Below, piece by piece: positions 32,534 through 38,142 of a stretch of 38,142 nt of DNA (position 1 is its first letter; every line of letters starts with the position of its first letter). The DNA is from Dehalococcoidia bacterium (GTDB lineage: Bacteria; Chloroflexota; Dehalococcoidia; DSTF01; WHTK01): contig DATBWN010000063.1 of the NCBI GenBank assembly GCA_036514755.1, positions 1 to 38,142 of the forward strand, written 5' to 3'. The position numbers and the translations under genes are program-made. Under the pieces are notes generated by a model that did not search any database, was not told the DNA's origin, and worked only from the letters and a program-made list of their open reading frames with translations.

Positions 32534-33808
32534 ATGGACATAGACCCAACGCTACTCGCACAGGCGCAGGTGGCGAAGGCGGCCTCCCGCAGGCTCGCCG
32601 GCCTCTCGACGCTGGTGAAGAACCGCGCCCTGGAGGCGATCGCCGACAGCCTCCTCGTCCGCCGGGACGAGGTCCTCGCCGCCAACGCCCAGGACGTCGA
32701 GCGCGCGCGCGACGCCGGCCTCGCCGACGCGCCGCTGAACCGGCTACGTCTGACGCCGGAGAAGATCGCCGGCATCGCCGCCGACGTGCGCAACGTGGCG
32801 CTCCTGGCAGACCCGGTGGGTGAGGTGATCGACGGCCGGCGCCTGCCCAACGGCCTCCAGGTCAGCCGCCGGCGCGTGCCGCTGGGCGTCCTCGCCGCCG
32901 TCTTCGAGAGCCGGCCTAACGTCACCATCGACATCGCCTCGCTCTGCCTCAAGTCGGGCAACGCCTGTCTGCTGCGCGGCGGCAGCGAGGCCATCCGCTC
33001 CAACACCGTCCTGGCGCGCATCGCCCGCGAGGCGGAAACGGACGCCGGCGTGCCGGAGGGCGCGCTTCAGCTCGTCGAGAAGACGGACCGCGCCCTCGTC
33101 GGCCAGCTGCTGACCCTGCGCGAGTACATCGACATCGTCGTGCCGCGCGGCGGCGCTGAGCTCATCCGCTTCGTGGTCGAGAACGCGCGCATGCCGGTGC
33201 TCACGGGCGGAGTCGGCGTCTGCCACACCTACGTCGACGCCGCGGCCGACCTCGACAAGGCTCTGAACATCGCCGTGAACGCCAAGACGCGCAACTGGTC
33301 GATCTGCAACGCCCTGGATACGCTCCTCGTCCACGCCGGCGTCGCGGCGGGCTTCCTGCCGCGCATCGGCCGCGCCTGGGCGGAGAAGGGCGTGGAGCTG
33401 CGCTGCGACGAGCGCTCGCTGGCCTTCCTGGGGAGCAGCGGCGACGGCGTCAGGGCCATGCCGGCGGCGGCGGACGACTTCGGCCGCGAGTTCCTGGCGC
33501 CGGTGGCGGCCGTGCGCGTCGTTGACTCCCTGGACGAGGCGCTGGAGCACATCGCGCGCTACGGGACGGGCCACTCGGACGCCATCGTCACGGAGGACTT
33601 CAGCGCCGCGCGCCGCTTCACGGACGAGGTCGACACGGCCGTGGTCTACGTCAACGCCTCGACGCAGTTCACGGACGGCGCCCAGTTCGGCCTCGGCGCC
33701 GAGATCATCGACTCGACGCAGAAGACCATCGCCCGCGGGCCGGTGGGCCTGCGCGAGATCACGACCTACAAGTGGATCGTCCAGGGCGACGGCCAGGTGC
33801 GGCCGTAG
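32534..33808 (+). CDS. proA: Gamma-glutamyl phosphate reductase
   Basis: VPLGVLAAVFESRPNVTIDIASLCLKSGNACLLRGGSEA, CNALDTLLVH and GHSDAIVTED. Adjacent to proB. Confidence 0.9.
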   Translation: MDIDPTLLAQAQVAKAASRRLAGLSTLVKNRALEAIADSLLVRRDEVLAANAQDVERARDAGLADAPLNRLRLTPEKIAGIAADVRNVALLADPVGEVIDGRRLPNGLQVSRRRVPLGVLAAVFESRPNVTIDIASLCLKSGNACLLRGGSEAIRSNTVLARIAREAETDAGVPEGALQLVEKTDRALVGQLLTLREYIDIVVPRGGAELIRFVVENARMPVLTGGVGVCHTYVDAAADLDKALNIAVNAKTRNWSICNALDTLLVHAGVAAGFLPRIGRAWAEKGVELRCDERSLAFLGSSGDGVRAMPAAADDFGREFLAPVAAVRVVDSLDEALEHIARYGTGHSDAIVTEDFSAARRFTDEVDTAVVYVNASTQFTDGAQFGLGAEIIDSTQKTIARGPVGLREITTYKWIVQGDGQVRP

Positions 33809-33853
33809 TAAGAGGACGCTCCTCTGCCGCGGATCTCTTACTTCTACGGCATT

Positions 33854-34084
33854 GTGATCCGCATGTACTACAATGAGCATGACCCGCCGCACTTCCACGC
33901 CGTTTACGGCGGCCAAAGGGCCTCGATCCTGATCGAATCCCTGGAAGTGAGCAGTGGCCGGCTGCCAAGAAGAGCGCATGCCCTGGTGGTTGAGTGGGCC
34001 GCGATGCACAAGGCGGAGCTCCTGGAGAACTGGCAGCTGGCCAGAGAGCACGTCGAGCCCAAAAGAATCGAGCCGCTCGAATGA
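33854..34084 (+). CDS. DUF4160 family protein (likely begins upstream at a CTG, 33824)
   Basis: IRMYYNEHDPPHFHAVYGG is the DUF4160 core. The upstream in-frame sequence LPRISYFYGIV matches the usual family N-terminus (MP-IS-FYGI), but the position of the Met codon is CTG. Confidence 0.7.
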   Translation: MIRMYYNEHDPPHFHAVYGGQRASILIESLEVSSGRLPRRAHALVVEWAAMHKAELLENWQLAREHVEPKRIEPLE

Positions 34085-34338
34085 GGAAAGCGGAAACAGT
34101 ACCCGTCGTCACAGACGTGCGCGTAATCGAGCCTTACACGCTGGTCGTGCGTTTCGATGATGGCGTTTGCAGACGGGTCGACCTCGCCAACGAGCTTTGG
34201 GGTCCTGTGTTCGAGCCGCTGCGTGACCCTGCCTTCTTTGCCAAAGCCTTCGTCGACCACGAGGCTGGCACCGTCGCGTGGCCGAACGGGGCCGATCTGG
34301 CCCCCGAGTTCCTCCACGAGGCCGGGGAAGGAGACTAA
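34081..34338 (+). CDS. DUF2442 family protein
   Basis: VVTDVRVIEPYTLVVRFDDGVCRRVDL...FVDHEAGTVAWPNGADLAPEFL. The ATG overlaps the DUF4160 stop (ATGA). The ORF-track extension to 33994 was rejected. Confidence 0.7.
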   Translation: MRKAETVPVVTDVRVIEPYTLVVRFDDGVCRRVDLANELWGPVFEPLRDPAFFAKAFVDHEAGTVAWPNGADLAPEFLHEAGEGD

Positions 34339-34347
34339 CTGGGAGCC

Positions 34348-34680
34348 ATGGCCACTTACCACTTCGAGCGCGAGACGCGGACGCCCCACTCGGAGGCGTT
34401 CGTCATCGAGGCCGACGGCGACGAGGTAGGCCGCGTCGACCTCCACTACGCCGCGAGCACCGCCTACGCGACCCTCTGCGTCCCGGCCGAGTTCGACGAC
34501 GACGCCATCGAGGAGCTGATCAGGGAGATCGACGAGCGGCTGGTGATGAGCTGGGAGCCGCTGCGGGACGACTTCATCGTCACCGTCTGGGCCGGCCGCG
34601 AGGTCGGCGTCTTCTCGGAGACCGGCGAGGAGGACGAAGAGAACGAGGAAGACATCGAGGGCGGCAACGGCAACAGATAA
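34348..34680 (+). CDS. Hypothetical protein with acidic C-terminal tail
   Basis: 110 aa with non-shadow composition. GGGAG lies upstream of the ATG. I recognise no family. Confidence 0.5.
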   Translation: MATYHFERETRTPHSEAFVIEADGDEVGRVDLHYAASTAYATLCVPAEFDDDAIEELIREIDERLVMSWEPLRDDFIVTVWAGREVGVFSETGEEDEENEEDIEGGNGNR

Positions 34681-35059
34681 GGCCACTAGCGTGGCGGCAT
34701 CGCGCTGCCGCCGGCCACGAGGCGCGCCGGTGTTTCGACGAAGCGTAGGAGTCCCAGGACACGACCAAGATGATCGTCCTGGGTTCCAGCTCGGCACCTC
34801 ATCGAGCGCACCGGCGAGGAAGTGCAGAAGCTGACGGGGAGTCTGAGGGGGTGTCCCGTCAGGGACTTCCCTCCTTAGATAGGGGGGTGGGGGAGGAGCA
34901 GCGCGACGCGATGCGTAGCAAGCGTGGCACGTTGAAGACGAGCTCCTTCGAGCATCGTCCTCACCCGCCAAGAATCACTGTGGTGGAGCACTAGGACTCA
35001 CCGAGCCTCTGTAACTCAACCAGCCACATTGTGTTCCTGTCATCTCGATGGCGTTGCCG

Positions 35060-35518
35060 TCAGCCGCCGCCGCTGCTGCCGCCGCCGATCGGCCGCGGCG
35101 TCTCGACGAGGAAGGACACCGCCACCTCCACGCCCGCGCCTCGCGCGACGAGGTCGTAGCGGCCCGTCGGCAGCGTCTTGCCGTCCGGCGTCCTCTCCAA
35201 GCGGAAGCGCGCCGCGAAGGAGCCGTCGCTGGCGGCGGTGACGCGGGCATAGGGCGCCGCGCCCTGGGCGGAGTCGCGCGCCGTCAGGAGCACCTCGGCG
35301 CCGGCGGGCCAGCCGCGGCCGCTGACGCCGACATCGGTGCCGGGCGGGCCGCTGCGCGGGTCGATCTGCAGGCTGGGTCCGCCCGCCGAAAGGGGCGTGC
35401 TGGTCGCGAGAGGCGCTGGCGTCGGCGAGGACGGCGAACCGTAGCTACCGCTGTTACCGCTGCAGGCGACCGCGCCCAGGAGTAGCAGCGCCGCGACGAG
35501 GACGCTTCGCTTCACCAC
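35060..35518 (-). CDS. Lipoprotein (signal peptide + lipobox)
   Basis: MVKRSVLVAALLLLGAVAC-SGNSGS..., followed by a Pro/Ser/Thr linker and a beta-rich domain. Confidence 0.7.
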   Translation of the reverse strand: MVKRSVLVAALLLLGAVACSGNSGSYGSPSSPTPAPLATSTPLSAGGPSLQIDPRSGPPGTDVGVSGRGWPAGAEVLLTARDSAQGAAPYARVTAASDGSFAARFRLERTPDGKTLPTGRYDLVARGAGVEVAVSFLVETPRPIGGGSSGGG

Positions 35519-35793
35519 GACTCGATCTTAGCAAGCAGGGCGTCCCAGACCTGGGTGCGCTGGTCTTCCGAGATGAGGGGGCTGAGGAACTGCAGCCGGT
35601 CGGCGACGAAGGCGAGGGCTGACTCGCGGTCGACCACGTCGTCGCTGGCTGCCGCCTCGGCGAGGAGGCCGTCGACAAGCATAGGCAAGCGGTCGGCCGC
35701 TGTCCGGCGGACCTCCTCGGCGCCGGCGGAGCGCAGGCTTCTATCGCCCAAGAGACGGGCGATCTGGGCCAGGGCTTCCGGGTCTTCGGCCAT
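35512..35793 (-). CDS. Hypothetical helical protein (93 aa)
   Basis: ORF with plausible composition that overlaps the downstream lipoprotein start by 7 nt (operon-like arrangement). Confidence 0.45.
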   Translation of the reverse strand: MAEDPEALAQIARLLGDRSLRSAGAEEVRRTAADRLPMLVDGLLAEAAASDDVVDRESALAFVADRLQFLSPLISEDQRTQVWDALLAKIESW

Positions 35794-35940
35794 CTTCTTG
35801 CCCTCGCGCGATGACGAGGGTGCTCAACTCAGGCGCCGACGGAGACCAGCCGGTGAGGGGTTATGACCTGTCTGCCCTTACCCTCGCCCGGCGGCTGGGC
35901 GCTCAGCCCAGGCGTTGGAGGATCGGCCGGCGAGGCCTGA

Positions 35941-36288
35941 CTAGGGAGTTCTCGTGACGCCCCGGACCTTGTTGTAGCAGGAGCTGCAGTAGACCGGGCG
36001 GTCGCCGCGCGGGATGAACGGGACCTCGGTCATTACGCCGCACTCGGCGCAGGCGGCCGGGTGCATCTGGCGCGGCGTCTTGCCGCCAAAGCTGGCGAAG
36101 ACGCCGTAGCGGACGTAGCCGTCCTCCGGCTCCACCGCCCGCGCCGTGCGTCGCGCCGTGCGACAGCGGGGGCAGCGGGCAGGCTCGTTCTGCAGCCCCT
36201 TGGCTGCGTAGAACTCCTGCTCGCCGCCGGTGAAGACGAAGCCGTTGCCACAGTCCTTGCAGATGATTTCCTTGTCAACGTAGGCCAA
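35941..36288 (-). CDS. Zinc-ribbon domain protein (two CxxC...CxxC units)
   Basis: ICKDCGNGFVFTGGEQEFYAAKGLQNEPARCPRC and CAECGVMTEVPFIPRGDRPVYCSSCY. Resembles the zf-trcl type of probable zinc-ribbon proteins. Confidence 0.7.
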   Translation of the reverse strand: MAYVDKEIICKDCGNGFVFTGGEQEFYAAKGLQNEPARCPRCRTARRTARAVEPEDGYVRYGVFASFGGKTPRQMHPAACAECGVMTEVPFIPRGDRPVYCSSCYNKVRGVTRTP

Positions 36289-36442
36289 TTGCGCTGCAAC
36301 CTCCTTGGTTCAGGCCGGGGAAAACCGTGCGAATCTTAAGTACTGGGAAGCGCTTAGGGCAAGCATCAGCAGCCTAGAGGGCGGCTCCGCGCTCCCGTTC
36401 AAGTGACTTTCGGCAGAAATTGGAAGCTAGAATAGTGCCACT

Positions 36443-37252
36443 ATGCCTGAAGTGCCCGACCTGGAAGCGATCCGCTCCTTCTTCAACCGGCAGATCGTCG
36501 GCCAGAGCATTACCAGTGTCGAGATCCCCATCCCTGTACCAATCAGAGTACCACGAGACGACTTCGTCCGTCTCCTCACCGGCGACACCTTCGGCGAGGT
36601 GCAACGCTACGGCAAGTTCCTCCTCTTCGCCTTGGCCAGCGGCCGCCTGCTGGTGATCAACCCGATGCTCACTGGCCGCTTTGCTTACGTCCAGCCGCCG
36701 GCGCGCAAGCGCTCGCGCACCTGCCTCATCATCGGCCTCGACTCCGGCAACGAGATCCGCTACGCCGATCTCCGCCTGATGGGACGCATCTACCTGACGA
36801 CGCCGGAGGGGCTGCAGACGCTGCCCCAGTTCCCGGAGATGGGCCCAGACGTCCTCTCGCCCGAGCTGACGGAGGCGGCCTTCAGGCAGCGCCTGCTGCA
36901 CCATCGCGGCCAGATCAAGAGCATCCTCACCAACCACCGCTTCGTCGCCGGCATCGGCAACGCCTACTCGGACGAGATCCTCTGGGAGGCGCGCATCCAC
37001 CCCTACCGCAAGCGCACGCAGCTCTCGGACGAGGAGATGAGCGCCCTGTACCGCGCCACGCACTCGGTCATCGACTGGGCGACGGCCATCGTCAGCGAGA
37101 AGATGCGAGACTCCATCGACTACGCGGAGTGGCGAGACCACCTGCGCGTGCACCGGCGGGGCGGCGAGCCGTGCCCGCGCTGCGGCGCGACGATCAGCGA
37201 GATCACGGCCGGCCAGCGCGTGACGAGCTTCTGCCGCCGCTGCCAGCCTTGA
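36443..37252 (+). CDS. Formamidopyrimidine-DNA glycosylase / endonuclease VIII family (Fpg/Nei)
   Basis: N-terminal MPEVPDLE (catalytic Pro2/Glu3). H2TH region NHRFVAGIGNAYSDEILWEARIHP. C-terminal zinc finger CPRCGATISEITAGQRVTSFCRRCQ. Confidence 0.88.
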   Translation: MPEVPDLEAIRSFFNRQIVGQSITSVEIPIPVPIRVPRDDFVRLLTGDTFGEVQRYGKFLLFALASGRLLVINPMLTGRFAYVQPPARKRSRTCLIIGLDSGNEIRYADLRLMGRIYLTTPEGLQTLPQFPEMGPDVLSPELTEAAFRQRLLHHRGQIKSILTNHRFVAGIGNAYSDEILWEARIHPYRKRTQLSDEEMSALYRATHSVIDWATAIVSEKMRDSIDYAEWRDHLRVHRRGGEPCPRCGATISEITAGQRVTSFCRRCQP

Positions 37253-37265
37253 ACGCCACGAACAG

Positions 37266-37411
37266 TCATTGCGAGCCCTTCGCAGAAGGGCGAAGCAACC
37301 TTTGACGTCCCGGCCTCGCGATAGGGCCTGTCAAGGATTGCTTCGGGCGGAGCCTGCCCTGAGCCCTTCGGCTTCGCTCAGGGCGAACTTCGCGAAGGGC
37401 CCTCGCAATGA
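37266..37411. repeat. MITE-like, highly structured GC-rich element between convergent genes
   Basis: Terminal inverted repeats TCATTGCGAGCCCTTCGC (37266..37283) and GCGAAGGGCCCTCGCAATGA (37392..37411). Internal hairpins CGAAGCAA/TTGCTTCG and CCCTGAGC/GCTCAGGG. It shares the GCCTGCCCTGAGCCC motif with the repeats at 25616 and 30277. Confidence 0.7.
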
Positions 37412-37480
37412 TAGAGGCGTAGCCGCGCGGCTCGGGTTTGGGCGCCCGCCGACGCGACTCAAGCTGTGTCTCTATGGGCG

Positions 37481-37975
37481 CTAGAAGCCGCTGATCGCCG
37501 TCTTGAACTCCGCCGGCAGGATGTGCTTCAGCACCGGCAGGAAGTCGAGGAAGAAGGGAGACAAGGCAGAGTCGTTGATGGCTCCCTCCAGGCCGAGAGA
37601 GGTGAACGTTATCGCGACGACGAGCCCCATCTCGACGAAGACGAAGGACTTCACCATGCCGATGACGGCGCCGGCGATGGAGTCGAAGATGCCCAGCAGG
37701 AGCAGCGACGCCGCCTGCCGGAGGAAGAGGGCCGCCAGCTGGCTCGCCAGCACGGTCGCGCCGAAGATGGTGCCGAAGGCGATGATACGCGCCGTCTCCA
37801 CGTCGTCCACCGCGACCTTGATGTCCTCCGCCAGGTCTTCGTAGAAAAGGCCGGCGAGGGCGACGGCGAAGACGGCGCCGACGATCGTGACGATCTCTCG
37901 GATGGCGCCGGCATGAAAGGCGGCGTAGGTGAACCAGGCGAAGGTAGCGAGGATTACGACGTCGACCCAGTTCAA
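37481..37975 (-). CDS. cvpA: CvpA family membrane protein
   Basis: MNWVDVVILATFAWFTYAAFHAGAIREIV... with four hydrophobic segments, the typical CvpA N-terminus. Confidence 0.8.
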   Translation of the reverse strand: MNWVDVVILATFAWFTYAAFHAGAIREIVTIVGAVFAVALAGLFYEDLAEDIKVAVDDVETARIIAFGTIFGATVLASQLAALFLRQAASLLLLGIFDSIAGAVIGMVKSFVFVEMGLVVAITFTSLGLEGAINDSALSPFFLDFLPVLKHILPAEFKTAISGF

Positions 37976-38142
37976 GGACGGGACCCCTTAGCTTACGCTG
38001 ATACTGTCTTATCGACCGCGCGCCGCGTCCCGTGCATGCCGCGTCGCCAAGCCGGCCCCCGCCCTGGCGCGACGAGTGTAGCACACCTGTCGAAGGGCAG
38101 GTGGCTCGGCCGCGAGCTGCCGATGCTATAATCCGTCCACAA

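Noticed and set aside
30340-34971. Series of long minus-strand ORFs (30340..31281, 31370..32503, 32744..34051, 33904..34971)
   Set aside because: They are antisense to the CDF, proB, proA and DUF4160/DUF2442 genes. All are Arg/Ala/Asp-rich shadow frames with no motifs.
34681-35059. ~380-bp gap with G-rich runs, small hairpins (e.g. GTCCC-GTCA-GGGAC near 34855) and ORF 34770..34994
   Set aside because: I found no convincing ORF composition, repeat match, or RNA family that I can recognise by eye. It is left unannotated and might deserve a covariance-model scan.
36374-38131. ORFs 36374..37153(-), 37266..38084(-) and 37466..38131(+)
   Set aside because: They overlap Fpg and CvpA, which are supported by motifs, on the opposite strand or in another frame. 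They also read through the MITE-like repeat.
1-38142. CRISPR arrays, rRNA genes and additional tRNAs
   Set aside because: I saw no regularly spaced direct repeats with unique spacers, no rRNA-like conserved blocks and no further cloverleaf candidates while reading both strands.

Overview
High-G+C bacterial chromosomal segment. The GC-rich palindromic repeat families and gene content loosely suggest Chloroflexota/Thermomicrobia, but this is a tentative impression only. The window has two parts. (1) Positions 816..15619 are a ~14.8-kb integrative element inserted in the 3' half of tRNA-Val(TAC). It is bounded by a perfect 49-bp direct repeat and looks AT-richer than the flanks by eye. It carries a tyrosine integrase, excisionase-type HTH genes, a Toprim primase/DUF3631 replication protein, a candidate iteron/AT-rich origin, a PurM-like enzyme and several gene wrecks (IS3 remnant, Ig-like gene fragment, Res-like helicase N-terminal fragment). 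Its most notable cargo is a tightly coupled four-gene operon (9050..14459): a membrane-anchored J-domain-like coiled-coil protein, a GrpE-like protein, an 822-aa non-canonical Hsp70-like ATPase and a stand-alone Hanks Ser/Thr kinase. I consider this operon the best candidate for an undescribed conflict/defence or element-maintenance system. No capsid, tail or large terminase genes are visible, so the element resembles a satellite or mobilisable island rather than a prophage. (2) Positions 15622..38142 are ordinary chromosome: acyltransferase-3/SGNH, orphan OmpR-type wHTH plus ammonium transporter, CPA2 antiporter, heterodimeric ABC exporter, aldo/keto reductase, ACT-malic enzyme, VapBC, UPF0104-type membrane protein, CDF transporter, proBA, a DUF4160/DUF2442 pair, a lipoprotein, a Zn-ribbon protein, Fpg/Nei and CvpA. 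This part is peppered with GC-rich palindromic repeat elements; one 49-bp unit is translated in-frame inside two unrelated proteins. Many long ORFs in the six-frame track are antisense shadow ORFs typical of high-G+C DNA and were not called.
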